64,000 nucleotides of DNA, from positions 544,001-608,000 of the forward strand of contig JAXGPA010000001.1 of NCBI GenBank assembly GCA_040767195.1. The letters run 5' to 3'. The stretch comes from Syntrophales bacterium (GTDB lineage Bacteria; Desulfobacterota; Syntrophia; Syntrophales; UBA6807). A program made the position numbers and the translations under genes. The notes under the pieces are model-generated. The model was not told where the DNA came from, searched no databases, and was given only the letters and a program-made list of their open reading frames with translations. This document shows positions 48,252 through 60,018 of the stretch, piece by piece (the stretch's first letter is position 1; the number at the start of each line of letters is the position of its first letter).

Positions 48252-49841
48252 TTAATCGCCGAGCTCCCCCAGCTCAACGCCGCTATAATAATGTTTCAAA
48301 ATCACTTCGTGGGTGTGCCCCTTTTCCGCCATTCCCCGGGCCCCCCACTGGCTCATTCCCACGCCGTGGCCGTACCCTTTTCCCTCAAAGTGGATTTCCC
48401 GCCCCCGCTTCACCATGGAAAAGAGGGTGCTCTTGATGTCCCTGGGAAACGTCTTCACCCGGAAGTGGTTCCCCGTCAGCACAGTCTCCCCGCCGTCGTG
48501 GACGATCCGGACCTTCCGGACCCGTCCCGAAGGACTCTTTTCAAGGGGTTCGATTTTCTGAATGCGTCCGACCGGTTCCCCCTTTTTCTTCAGGGCGTCG
48601 GCGATATCCGCCAGGGAGACCGCGGCGGACCACTGGTAGCTGGGGCCGATGGCGCTGTATTCGTCGCGGATGCCCTTCAGGTAAGGCACTTCGGCGGTCC
48701 AGACCTCCCGGGCGTCCTCCGTCCGCCCGCCGCTGTTGGAGTGAAAGTAGGCCAGGACGAGTTCGCCGTTGTGGAAAAGCACTTTCCCGGCCGTTTCGGC
48801 CACGGCCCGGTCGGTCTCTTCCTTCTCCGCGGCGACCCCGCCGTACACCTGGGAACTGGTGGTGCTGTAAACATCATATGCCCGGTCGCCACCGCGGGAT
48901 TTCTGGTAGATGGCATAGGTTCTCGCCGCCACCGCCTGTGCCTTGAGGGCCTCCGGGGGCCAGCTCCAGGACATTTCCCTGGGCAGGACACCCCGGAGAT
49001 ACGATTCGAGGCCGAGGACATTGATCACATCGATCCCTTTGCCGGACAGGGCGACAATGAATTTTCCCCGGCAGGGCGTCCCCTCCACGGCCAGAGGGGC
49101 CGACCCCGTAGGCATGATAACGACCCGACTCTCCGAAAACTGCCTGCCGCCGATGGCGATCCCCCCACCGGACGCAGAAACGGCATGGACGCCCCCCTCC
49201 GGGAAAGTCGACAGCGTCGATTTTTCTTCTTCGCCCTTGACGACGAAGGCACCGGAAGAGCGGATCTCGACCTTCGCCGCCTCCTCGGCCAGAAGCACCC
49301 GGATGGTCGGCTCCACGGGGGGGCGTTCGGGCACATTTTTCACTGGAACCGGCTCTGGCGCCGGTTCCGGCGGGGCGGGCGGATTCATGCAGGTTTCGAT
49401 CATGAACTCGGCGGTGAAGCGGCGTTCCGACGACGGGTAAAGGGACACAAAACGCCGAAAAAGAGCGAGGGCCTCGGAAAACCGGTTCTTTTCGAACAGG
49501 ATCATCCCCGAGTTAAACAGGGCATTGGCCGCCTCCGGGGTTTCGCCATAGCGCTCCCCGACTTCCCTGTACTTTTCCAGGGCGGGGTCGGGCTCGTTAA
49601 GAAATATGCTGTAGATGTCTCCGATTCGGAGAAGGGACCGGGCAACGGTCTCCCGGTCCCCCGACTGGTCGGCGCTTTCCTGATAGGCGCCGATGGCTTC
49701 CAGGTACATCCCCTTCCGCAGGTAGGCGTCTCCCGTGGACAGGGGCCCGTCATCCGCCGCAAGGGCATTCGGGGAAGAAAAATAAATGAAGAGGGATGTC
49801 AGAACGGAGAAAAGGACAAAAACCGTTACACGGTTTCCCAT
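48252..49841 (-). CDS. TPR + SpoIID/LytB-domain protein
   Basis: TPR/BamD-like N-terminus; YLRGVLPREM, EALKAQAVAARTY, GYGHGVGMSQWGA. Confidence 0.9.
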   Translation of the reverse strand: MGNRVTVFVLFSVLTSLFIYFSSPNALAADDGPLSTGDAYLRKGMYLEAIGAYQESADQSGDRETVARSLLRIGDIYSIFLNEPDPALEKYREVGERYGETPEAANALFNSGMILFEKNRFSEALALFRRFVSLYPSSERRFTAEFMIETCMNPPAPPEPAPEPVPVKNVPERPPVEPTIRVLLAEEAAKVEIRSSGAFVVKGEEEKSTLSTFPEGGVHAVSASGGGIAIGGRQFSESRVVIMPTGSAPLAVEGTPCRGKFIVALSGKGIDVINVLGLESYLRGVLPREMSWSWPPEALKAQAVAARTYAIYQKSRGGDRAYDVYSTTSSQVYGGVAAEKEETDRAVAETAGKVLFHNGELVLAYFHSNSGGRTEDAREVWTAEVPYLKGIRDEYSAIGPSYQWSAAVSLADIADALKKKGEPVGRIQKIEPLEKSPSGRVRKVRIVHDGGETVLTGNHFRVKTFPRDIKSTLFSMVKRGREIHFEGKGYGHGVGMSQWGARGMAEKGHTHEVILKHYYSGVELGELGD

Positions 49842-49905
49842 GAAAACCCTCCCCCGGGAAAAGGATGGCGGAAAGAAAGAAGCTTTTAAGGAAGAAAGGC
49901 CACGC

Positions 49906-50276
49906 TGAAGTCGGTCTGTAAGCCGAGTTCTGTTCTCCCGGAAGGGAGCGGTGATCATTCCTCTGGGACGGCAGTTGCCTGCCGCCTCAAGCGACACTAC
50001 CCGAGAACTTCAGGCGGGCCACCTTCAGGCGTTCTCCTATTTGGTCTTGCTCCGGATGGGGTTTACCGAGCTTTTCCGGTCACCCGGAAAACTGGTGAGC
50101 TCTTACCTCACCGTTTCACCCTTACCCCGGCCGGCGAGCCGGACGGGGCGGTTTATTTTCTGTGGCACTTTCCTTAGGGTCTCCCCCAGTCGCCGTTAGC
50201 GACCATCCTGCCCTGCGGAGCTCGGACTTTCCTCCCCCCCGCTCATGGCGGGGGAGCGACCACCCGACAGACTCCA
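49906..50276 (-). ncRNA. rnpB: RNase P RNA (type A)
   Basis: GAGGAAAGTCCGAGCTC, AGTGCCACAGAAA, GGTGAAACGG, GGTAAACCCC, ACAGAACTCGGCTTA. Confidence 0.96.
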
Positions 50277-50301
50277 GTGCGGCGCTTTCTTCCTGTTAAT
50301 T

Positions 50302-50727
50302 TTAACGGATTGAGAGCCCCCCGTCAATGGCTTCATTGACGAGACGGTCCGCTTCCTTGTTTTCCTCCCGGCCCACATGGGCGATTGTCCAGGAGTCAAG
50401 GGCATCGAGAAGGGACCTTGCTTCGTCGTAAAGCCTTTTCAGGCGCTCGTTTTTGACCCGGTAACGGCCCATCAGCTGGCGGACGACGAGTTCCGAGTCC
50501 AGAAAAATGGCGAGGTCCCGGTAGCCTTTTTCGAGGCATTCCGTGAGACCCAGGATGAGACCCCGGTATTCCGCCTCGTTGTTGGTCCCCGTTCCCAGAT
50601 AGGCGTTCCACCGGTGAAGAATTTTACCGTCCCGGCCGTAAAGGACCGCGCCGGCCCCCGCCGGGCCCGGGTTTCCGCGGCTTCCGCCGTCGGCGTGAAG
50701 TCGGAGCCTCTCAGACCCCTTCTTCAT
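50302..50727 (-). CDS. Ribonuclease HI family protein
   Basis: DGGSRGNPG, TNNEAEY, DSELVV, REENKEAD. Confidence 0.92.
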   Translation of the reverse strand: MKKGSERLRLHADGGSRGNPGPAGAGAVLYGRDGKILHRWNAYLGTGTNNEAEYRGLILGLTECLEKGYRDLAIFLDSELVVRQLMGRYRVKNERLKRLYDEARSLLDALDSWTIAHVGREENKEADRLVNEAIDGGLSIR

Positions 50728-51439
50728 CCCGATTTTCCCAGTAAATGATCCGGTTGCAGTGAGGGCAGGAAATGATGTCCTCGTGTTTCCGGAGGTTGTT
50801 GTAAAGCTGCGGGGGGATGTTCATGTGGCATCCCGCGCAGATTTCCTTCCAGGCGGCGACGACGGCTTTTCCGTTTCTTTTCTGGCAGATGAGGTCATAC
50901 CGGCGGATCAATTCGGGACGAATTTTTCCCCGGACTTCGGCATACTTCTCCCGTGTCTCTTCAAGGACACGATCGATCATGGCGATCTCATCTTCGATCT
51001 TTCCGATTTCTCCCTCATGGACCCGCCTGTGGGCTTCGTATTCCCGCTTCGCCTCGTCGAGTGCCCCGAGAGCCTCTTCGACCTGGTCGTAGTATTGAAG
51101 GATCCGGTCTTCCACGGCGTCGCTCGCCTCGGTGATGGTGTCCATCTCCTTCAACATGGCCTGGTATTCCTTGTTCGTCTTGACTTCAAAAAGGCGGCCC
51201 TTTACCTTACGGTGCGTTTCACCCAATCGTTTGAGCTCGTTTTCATTTTCCTTGAGGCTCCGCTGGAGGGATTCCGCCATGTCCTGCTTTTCCGCAACCC
51301 GGGCCTCCCGCTGCCGGATTTCTTCTTTCAGAATCCGGATCCTCTCGGGCAATTCGGTTTTCTTCACCGCCTCCCGTCGCATCCGGTCATCTATTTTCTG
51401 GAGTTCAATTAGAAATGATACCTGTTCTTTCAAAACCAT
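50711..51439 (-). CDS. Coiled-coil C4 zinc-ribbon protein (DUF164-like)
   Basis: LQKID, long coiled coil, KTNKEY, CAGC...CPHCNRI. Confidence 0.88.
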   Translation of the reverse strand: MVLKEQVSFLIELQKIDDRMRREAVKKTELPERIRILKEEIRQREARVAEKQDMAESLQRSLKENENELKRLGETHRKVKGRLFEVKTNKEYQAMLKEMDTITEASDAVEDRILQYYDQVEEALGALDEAKREYEAHRRVHEGEIGKIEDEIAMIDRVLEETREKYAEVRGKIRPELIRRYDLICQKRNGKAVVAAWKEICAGCHMNIPPQLYNNLRKHEDIISCPHCNRIIYWENRDEEGV

Positions 51440-51566
51440 TCCCTCTGTCGTATTAAAAAAAAATGCACCAGAATCTGGTGCATTTGTAGGTCCCCGTTCG
51501 CCGACGAGCATCCGGTCTTGCTTATTTTTGCTTGATGACTCATAATAAGGAACCGGTCCGATTTGC

Positions 51567-51642
51567 TGGTGGGCCCACCTGGGTTCGAACCAGGGACCTA
51601 CCGGTTATGAGCCGGTGGCTCTTCCAGCTGAGCTATGGGCCC
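51567..51642 (-). tRNA. tRNA with CAT anticodon, most likely tRNA-Ile2 (lysidine)
   Basis: GGGCCCATAGCTCAG...CCGG-CTCATAA-CCGG...GGTTCGAACC...GGGCCCACCA; 76 nt with encoded CCA. Confidence 0.92.
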
Positions 51643-51734
51643 CGGGAAAATGTTTATCCGCTTTACTTATCGCTCTTCACACCATATGTCAAGATTATTT
51701 GAAAAAGAGAAAAGGGGGGATATGAAAATCTCTA

Positions 51735-51762
51735 TTGACAAAAGCGGTTTTATTTTTATAAT
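51735..51762 (+). promoter_or_regulatory. Sigma70 promoter of rplU operon
   Basis: TTGACA-16 nt-TATAAT. Confidence 0.8.
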
Positions 51763-51795
51763 AGCGGATTCAATTTACTTGTAAAGGATCGAATC

Positions 51796-52107
51796 ATGTT
51801 CGCAGTCATCAAAACGGGTGGGAAGCAGTACCGGGTCGCACCGGGTCAGATCGTCCAGGTCGAGAAAATAGAAGCGGAAAAAGGTGCCGTCATCTCTTTC
51901 GACGAGGTGCTCATGGTCGGGAAGGAAGAAGGGACCGACGTGGGACGGCCCGCCCTGACATCGGCCACGGTGACGGGGGAGGTCCTGGGGCAGATCCGAG
52001 GGCCCAAGATCATCGTTTTCAAGAAAAAGAGACGGAAGGGCTACCGGAAGAAAACAGGCCACCGCCAGTCTCTCACCGTTGTCAGAATCAAGGAAATCGC
52101 CCCTTAA
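51796..52107 (+). CDS. rplU: 50S ribosomal protein L21
   Basis: [12 protein letters not shown]...KKRRKGY...GHRQ. Confidence 0.97.
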   Translation: MFAVIKTGGKQYRVAPGQIVQVEKIEAEKGAVISFDEVLMVGKEEGTDVGRPALTSATVTGEVLGQIRGPKIIVFKKKRRKGYRKKTGHRQSLTVVRIKEIAP

Positions 52108-52118
52108 CGGAGGATATC

Positions 52119-52373
52119 ATGGCACACAAGAAAGGACAGGGAAGCTCCCGGAACGGGCGGGACAGCCACGGTCAGCGGCGAGGCGTCAAGGTCTTCGGCG
52201 GGCAGAGCGTTTCCGCGGGAACCATCATCGTCCGCCAGCTCGGAACGAAAATCCATCCCGGGAAGAACGTCGGCCTGGGAAAGGATTACACGATCTTCTC
52301 GAAAATCGACGGGGTCGTCACGTTCGAGCGGTTCGACAAGACGCGAAAGAAAGTCAGCGTTTACCCCAACTGA
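52119..52373 (+). CDS. rpmA: 50S ribosomal protein L27
   Basis: [16 protein letters not shown]. Confidence 0.97.
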   Translation: MAHKKGQGSSRNGRDSHGQRRGVKVFGGQSVSAGTIIVRQLGTKIHPGKNVGLGKDYTIFSKIDGVVTFERFDKTRKKVSVYPN

Positions 52374-52465
52374 TTCCGTCGGAATTCGTTTCGCAGGGAA
52401 ACGTCTGGAAGAAACGAAGGTGTTTGCAGGCCCAGGGCCCGTCAAGCACCTTTTTTCTTTGATGA

Positions 52466-54633
<2,168 letters not shown>

Positions 54634-54716
54634 CCGGCGTGCGGGACACCCCGCGGGCCGTTCTGACGGGACGTGCCCTCTCGAAACTTAGAGGCAGCCG
54701 AGGGGACTCGTGGGCT

Positions 54717-55169
54717 TCAGGAGCCGAAGCCGACGGCTCGGAGCACCCGAAGGGTGTTGGGTGATACGGGAAGGCATTCTATTTCCTTCCAGGTGAGCCA
54801 TTTCGCGTCGGCGGCGTCGTCGGCGGCCCGCACCTCACCGCCGGCGTAGCGGGCCATGAGATCGACGATGACATAGTGAAATCGGATTTCCCCGTCTTCA
54901 TCCCGCTCGATGAAGTCAAAGGAATAGACGGGACGGTCCGCCTCGATCCGAACCCCCGTTTCCTCCAGAATCTCCCGTTCCGCCGCTTCCTTCAGCGTCT
55001 CCCCGATTTCCACACTGCCGCCGGGAATGGCCCACAGGCCGAGGCTCGGGGGAATTCCCCGCCGGACGAGGAGAACCCGTTCCTTTTCGATGACGATGGC
55101 CCCTACACCCACTCTCGGGTAATCGGGGTATTCCCGTTTTCCAGGCCTGCCTTTATGTCGGGATTTCAT
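54717..55169 (-). CDS. NUDIX hydrolase (ADP-ribose pyrophosphatase-like)
   Basis: Nudix box [23 protein letters not shown]. Confidence 0.9.
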   Translation of the reverse strand: MKSRHKGRPGKREYPDYPRVGVGAIVIEKERVLLVRRGIPPSLGLWAIPGGSVEIGETLKEAAEREILEETGVRIEADRPVYSFDFIERDEDGEIRFHYVIVDLMARYAGGEVRAADDAADAKWLTWKEIECLPVSPNTLRVLRAVGFGS

Positions 55170-55945
55170 GGCCTTTCCCCGGATATGTTGAAATCGAACC
55201 GCCGTTCCCCAAAAGCGTCGGGACCGCTCTTGAAAGACCGTTCGACGAATGTCACCGTCCCGTTCTCACGGACGATCAGGACGGTGGAGGACCGCGTCCC
55301 GTACACGGGGCTCTGAATGAAGATGGACGAGAGGATGCGCTCCCACTCCAGGCCGATTCCCGTGTCCGGCAGGAGGGTGTCATCGCAGCGGGTCGTATCG
55401 GCAAGCACCCGGAACAAGGCCCCGGGATCCGGTTCGGACCGGCTCTCCAGGATCTCTCGGAGCGCCCTTTTCCCTTTTTCCACTTTCGGCCAGGGCGTGT
55501 CGATGAGATGGTTGCTTAACCCGTGAATCCCCGGACCCACGGGTACCCAGCCTCCCCCGAAATTCGAAAAACAGTCCAGGCTGCCGGTATCCATCACCAG
55601 GAGGCTGAAACCGTTATAAAGCTCCCCCTGGTCCAGGACCCGTTTCCTGAAAGAAGGAAGGTCCTCCCCGTCGGCCAGAAAGGACTTGACGAGATCGCCC
55701 CGGGAAGGGGCGCCGATCTTGACGAAAAGAGGGGCCCGGTAATTGGTGACAGCGGCGAAACGGCCGTCTTTGCGGACGCCGATCCAGGTACCCCCGCTTC
55801 GGAGATCTCTTCCCGCCAGGACTTCCGGGGCGTCCTCCCAGAAATGGGCCGCTTCGGTGGGCCTTTCGTAAAACTCGTCCCGGTTGGCCGCCAGGATGAG
55901 CGGAAAGCCGGGGTGGCATCGCCAGGCAAAAAGGATGAGGCACAC
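55166..55945 (-). CDS. NRDE/TANGO2 family protein
   Basis: GTG-Cys start (MCLILFAW), ANRDEF, GGTW, SRG, YGTRSST. Confidence 0.92.
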   Translation of the reverse strand: MCLILFAWRCHPGFPLILAANRDEFYERPTEAAHFWEDAPEVLAGRDLRSGGTWIGVRKDGRFAAVTNYRAPLFVKIGAPSRGDLVKSFLADGEDLPSFRKRVLDQGELYNGFSLLVMDTGSLDCFSNFGGGWVPVGPGIHGLSNHLIDTPWPKVEKGKRALREILESRSEPDPGALFRVLADTTRCDDTLLPDTGIGLEWERILSSIFIQSPVYGTRSSTVLIVRENGTVTFVERSFKSGPDAFGERRFDFNISGERP

Positions 55946-55959
55946 AGTCGTTCCGTCTC

Positions 55960-56757
55960 TCAAAGGGGGTCGGACATCTCGATTTTTTCGACGACCCGGG
56001 ACATGATCTTTTCCATGACCTCCCCCGCCTTTCCATGGATGACCACGTGGGAATTGATGTCATAGGTGGTGGCGGTGAGATTGACGATGACCAGCCTGGC
56101 ACCTCCTTCGAGGGCATAGGCGGGCATGTAGGCCGCGGGGTACACGACCAGCGAGGATCCTATGACGAGAAAAAGATCACACTGCGAGGCCTCGCGGATA
56201 GCCGCCGACAGGACCGTGCCGGGAAGCTGCTCGCCGAAGAGGACGACATCGGGCTTCAGGATGCCGAAGCAGTCCGCACAGTACGGTGACTCATCCCCGC
56301 CGGCTACCCGTTCCATGATTTCCGCCAGGGGGGAACGCCGGTTGCAGTTGAGGCATCGGACATGGCTCATGGTCCCGTGCAGCTCGAAAACCCTTTCCGG
56401 ATCGTTTCCGGCCTTCTGATGAAGATTGTCGATATTCTGGGTGATGATTCCCCGGAGCCTGCCCCATTTTTCAAGACGGGCGAGGGCGTGGTGGGCCCTG
56501 TTCGGCTCGGCCCGGGTGAAGTGTCCCCCCTCGAGGAGAAATTTCCACTGCTTTTTTCTCGATTCCTCATCGTTGAGAAATTTTTCGATGGTGAAATCGG
56601 AGGGGTCGAACCGGGACCAGAGGCCCCCGGGGCTCCGGAAATCGGGAATTCCCGACTCGGTGCTGATTCCAGCGCCGGTAAACGCCACGATCTTTCTCGA
56701 TTGGACGATCAGGTCCGCCGCCTGATCGATCTCCCTGTCCGGTGTGATATCCGTCAT
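55960..56757 (-). CDS. cobB: Sir2-family NAD-dependent deacylase
   Basis: GAGISTESGIPDFR, TQNID, ELHG, CxxC..CxxC, GSSLVVYPAA. Confidence 0.94.
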   Translation of the reverse strand: MTDITPDREIDQAADLIVQSRKIVAFTGAGISTESGIPDFRSPGGLWSRFDPSDFTIEKFLNDEESRKKQWKFLLEGGHFTRAEPNRAHHALARLEKWGRLRGIITQNIDNLHQKAGNDPERVFELHGTMSHVRCLNCNRRSPLAEIMERVAGGDESPYCADCFGILKPDVVLFGEQLPGTVLSAAIREASQCDLFLVIGSSLVVYPAAYMPAYALEGGARLVIVNLTATTYDINSHVVIHGKAGEVMEKIMSRVVEKIEMSDPL

Positions 56758-56832
56758 GCCACCTGTCTCTTTTCCCGGATCCTGCCCTGCCGAAACACCG
56801 GGTGTCGAAAGAGGCGCCCCCGAAAGGCCGGC

Positions 56833-56994
56833 CTACTTTCCACTTTCCTCTTCCGCCGCGGCGGAAACTTTCTCTTTACGGCCCGCCACCCGGCAGGCAT
56901 TTCCCGCTCACGTCGAAATCCCCATTTTGGGGAGGATGACCCCCTGGACGACAATCCAGAGAATGAGAACGCCGATGAAAATGAGCCATTCCAT
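56833..56994 (-). CDS. Putative 53-aa membrane-anchored selenoprotein (UGA29 read as Sec)
   Basis: MEWLIFIGVLILWIVVQGVILPKMGIST-U-AGNACRVAGRKEKVSAAAEEESGK*; purine-rich RBS, TM helix, SECIS-like hairpin at 56881-56898. Confidence 0.68.
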
Positions 56995-57111
56995 TTTTGT
57001 CGTTTCCCTTCTTTTCGTTGCGCAAAAAGAAAAACATGGGCATAAAAGAAGACCCGGAAGGGCCGGCCCGCCGTGGCGGTCACAGTCGCCCGGGCCCACG
57101 CTTCTTTTGTA

Positions 57112-57120
57112 ATTATAACA
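57112..57120 (-). promoter_or_regulatory. Extended -10 promoter for the microprotein (and possibly the cobB operon)
   Basis: Minus strand TGTTATAAT (TGn-TATAAT). Confidence 0.55.
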
Positions 57121-57159
57121 TAGGCACGGCGGAAAGGAAACGCAAACCCTGTCCAGCCG

Positions 57160-57188
57160 TTGACATGAGGGCCCGATTTCTCTATACT
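57160..57188 (+). promoter_or_regulatory. Sigma70 promoter for the GGDEF gene
   Basis: TTGACA-17 nt-TATACT. Confidence 0.75.
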
Positions 57189-57303
57189 TTGCACCTCCGA
57201 AAAGGATTTCGCCGTGCCCGGAAATGCCCGGGAGGCCGGTTTTATCTCTCATTGAAAAACCCTTTCAGGATTGTCCGGCACCCTTGACCCGGAAGGACAG
57301 GAG

Positions 57304-58155
57304 ATGAAGAAGAAAGACCGTCGTGTCCCATCGACCCTGTCAAGGTTGAGTACCCTGGCCAAGGCTATCGCGTCGGGCCACTACCGGGACATGGACGCGG
57401 ATGATCTCTTTGCCATGACCGAGGAGAAGTACCCTCCGGAACTCCGCGAACTGGCGGAGGCCTTTGGCATGATGATGGTCAAGGTGGAGGCCCGGGAGTT
57501 CCGGCTCGAAGAAACCGTCGCCGAACTGGAAAAGGCCAACCGGAAACTCAAGGAGTACTCGGAGCACCTGAAAGATATGGTGGCGAAAAGAACGAAAGAA
57601 CTGGAGGAGGCCAACCGGAAACTCGAGAGAAGGGCCAACATCGACGGGCTGACCCACATCGCCAACCGGCGCTACATGGACGAATACCTTCAGAAGCACT
57701 GGAACCGTCTCAAGAACCAAAGAAAGCCCCTTGCCCTCATCATGGCCGATATCGATCATTTCAAGGGGTTCAACGACACGTACGGACACCAGGAGGGGGA
57801 TGAATGCCTGAAGACCATCGCCCGGATCCTTGACGAAAAGATGCGCCGTTCCGAAGACCTGGCGGCCCGCTACGGTGGGGAGGAGTTTGCCGTTCTTCTT
57901 CCGGGGACCGGCATCGAGGCCGCCATGGATATGGCCGAGGATATCCGACGGGAAGTGGAATCCCTCAAAATCCCCAATGAAAAAAATACCGCCAGCCCTT
58001 TCGTCACCATCAGCCTCGGGGTGACCGCCGGGATCCCTGGGGAAACAGGGACACCCGACGAACTCATCGAACGCGCCGACGAGGCCCTCTACGTGGCCAA
58101 AAAGGAACGGGGCCGGAACTGCACCGTGAAAGGGCGAACCCTCGGAAGCGCCTGA
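57304..58155 (+). CDS. Diguanylate cyclase (HAMP-like/coiled coil + GGEEF)
   Basis: DGLT, DIDHFK, YGH, RSED I-site, RYGGEEF; no TM segment. Confidence 0.92.
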   Translation: MKKKDRRVPSTLSRLSTLAKAIASGHYRDMDADDLFAMTEEKYPPELRELAEAFGMMMVKVEAREFRLEETVAELEKANRKLKEYSEHLKDMVAKRTKELEEANRKLERRANIDGLTHIANRRYMDEYLQKHWNRLKNQRKPLALIMADIDHFKGFNDTYGHQEGDECLKTIARILDEKMRRSEDLAARYGGEEFAVLLPGTGIEAAMDMAEDIRREVESLKIPNEKNTASPFVTISLGVTAGIPGETGTPDELIERADEALYVAKKERGRNCTVKGRTLGSA

Positions 58156-58210
58156 TAAGGAGGGGCTCCCTTCCCCTCCCGGGGAGAGAGGTCATGAGCC
58201 CCTTTTTACG

Positions 58211-58645
58211 CTACCGTTTGACCACCAGGACGGGTTTCTTGGACTTACGGATGACTTTTTCCGAAACGGAGCCGAGAAACATCTCCGCCAAGTTGCTTTT
58301 TCCATGGGAACCGAGAACGATGACGGACGCGTTTTCCTCTTCCGCCACCCGCAGGATCTCACTGAAGGGGACTCCCGATTCCAGGCGCTCCTTGACCTCA
58401 TAACCCTGGCCTCGCAGTTCCCCGGCGATGGCCTTGAGTTCCTCGACCGCCTTCTCCTCCCAGGCCTTCTGGATCTGGACGAAGTCCGTGGGCATGTGGC
58501 TTGGGAGGGCATCGAAGTTCCGGCTGTCGATGACGTGAAGGACAACCACTTCCCTGGCGCCGGCCTCTCTCAGGCGGGCGGTGAAGGCGAGGGCCTTCCG
58601 GGCGACTTCGGAAAAATCCGTGGGATAAAGAACCTTATCGAACAT
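58211..58645 (-). CDS. Universal stress protein
   Basis: VLYPTDFS, LGSHG, LGSVSEKV, PVLVV. Confidence 0.93.
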   Translation of the reverse strand: MFDKVLYPTDFSEVARKALAFTARLREAGAREVVVLHVIDSRNFDALPSHMPTDFVQIQKAWEEKAVEELKAIAGELRGQGYEVKERLESGVPFSEILRVAEEENASVIVLGSHGKSNLAEMFLGSVSEKVIRKSKKPVLVVKR

Positions 58646-58932
58646 GATGAACACCCCCTTCCGGTTTAGTCTGAAGCGTTCTCGTCGCTGGAACCGTTTC
58701 CATGACAGCGGTTCCCCTTCCAAAGCGGATTACGGGTCCGAAACCTTTACGAACGCCACCGGGACGAAAACCGTGATCGGTCCAGAATGACTCCCCGGCC
58801 GAAGCGGGCACGCGGAGAGAAAGACAGCGGAAATTGTAAAATCTTTATTTATATTTTAACTTAAGAAAAAGACACTGTCAATTCCAAGGGATGACTCCAC
58901 GGGATGACTCTGTCCGGGGAAGGAGAAAAACC

Positions 58933-59484
58933 ATGGACCTGTCCGTCTTCAAGAACATGACCGAAAGGGACCTGAGGCACTATATCGAATTTCTTCTGTG
59001 GCACTACCGGGTCATGGACGCCTTCTGGTTTATCAACGTTACCGATATGTTCGACCAGAAAACGGCCGAGGAAATCAACCGGCGGGTCTGGGGACGGGTC
59101 CCGTCGATGGCTGCCAAAGACCTGATCAACCGTTTTTCCATCGAGGAGAAGGGCCTGAAAGGCTTTGTAAAAGCCCTCCGATATTTTCCCTGGACCATCC
59201 TCATCGAATACGACATCGAGGAAAAACCGGAGGAGGTCATCATCCGGGTACCTCTCTGCGCCACCCAGGCGGCCCGCAGGAAACGGGGATTGCCCGAATT
59301 CGACTGCCGGGACATGCACCGGGGGGAATTCGAAAGCTTCGCCCGCATCATCGACCCCCGGATCGAGGTGATCTGCGATTTCGCACCGCCGGACCCCCAC
59401 CCCGAGGACCTCTATTGCCGCTGGCGGTTCCGGCTCAAGAATCCTGAAGAAACGAGCGATACGGCGACTCCTCCCGGGGAGTAG
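58933..59484 (+). CDS. Conserved hypothetical protein (DUF6125-like, V4R/H-NOX-like fold suspected)
   Basis: [16 protein letters not shown]...FDC, FARIIDP, C..APPD.HP...C.W.F. Confidence 0.65.
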   Translation: MDLSVFKNMTERDLRHYIEFLLWHYRVMDAFWFINVTDMFDQKTAEEINRRVWGRVPSMAAKDLINRFSIEEKGLKGFVKALRYFPWTILIEYDIEEKPEEVIIRVPLCATQAARRKRGLPEFDCRDMHRGEFESFARIIDPRIEVICDFAPPDPHPEDLYCRWRFRLKNPEETSDTATPPGE

Positions 59485-59574
59485 TCAAATTCTCAAAGAG
59501 CCTGAAGGGGACTTCCTTGATGCAGACCCGATTTAAGAACCAAACAAAGATCGGGCGGCCGGGCGATTCATCGA

Positions 59575-60018
59575 TTACTCCACTGCCTGTGCTTTCAGGA
59601 ACATGGCTTTTTCAAGGGAGGTGAAAAAACTCACGTAAGGCTGCGGGTCGATCACCGGCTCGATATTGAACTGGGCGTTCGCCCGGACCACGAGGCGCGA
59701 TTCCCCTCTCGGGCAGACGGTCACGGTCATCCTCAGGGCGTAGGTGTTCAATTTCGTCCCCGTCACCGAACCCAGGTCCAGATCGGCCTTGTCTATGATG
59801 AATCCCAGATCCTGGAGGGTCGCGATGACCGTTCGCATCGTCTTTTCCTTTTCCGCCGTCTCGAACACACGGCTTTGCATGTTTCTCAGCTGAACCGGGC
59901 TCATGCCCGCGTCCATCAATCTCTCATGGGTTGTCGCGCAGGCCAGGAAAAGAAACAGGGACAGGAAAACAGCCAGCTTCAACCCCTTTAATATAACCGT
60001 TTCGAAAAAACCTTTCAT
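59575..60018 (-). CDS. Hypothetical lipoprotein (paralog A)
   Basis: Lipobox FLAC; LQDLGF motif. Confidence 0.75.
   Translation of the reverse strand: MKGFFETVILKGLKLAVFLSLFLFLACATTHERLMDAGMSPVQLRNMQSRVFETAEKEKTMRTVIATLQDLGFIIDKADLDLGSVTGTKLNTYALRMTVTVCPRGESRLVVRANAQFNIEPVIDPQPYVSFFTSLEKAMFLKAQAVE

Noticed and set aside
51567..51642. tRNA as integration site of an island
   Set aside because: No integrase and no duplicated tRNA 3' end noticed; the flanks are housekeeping genes.
57040..57303. ZTP or c-di-GMP riboswitch in the divergent microprotein/GGDEF region
   Set aside because: Only fragments (GCGACTG, GCAAAC) match; the required paired elements are missing.
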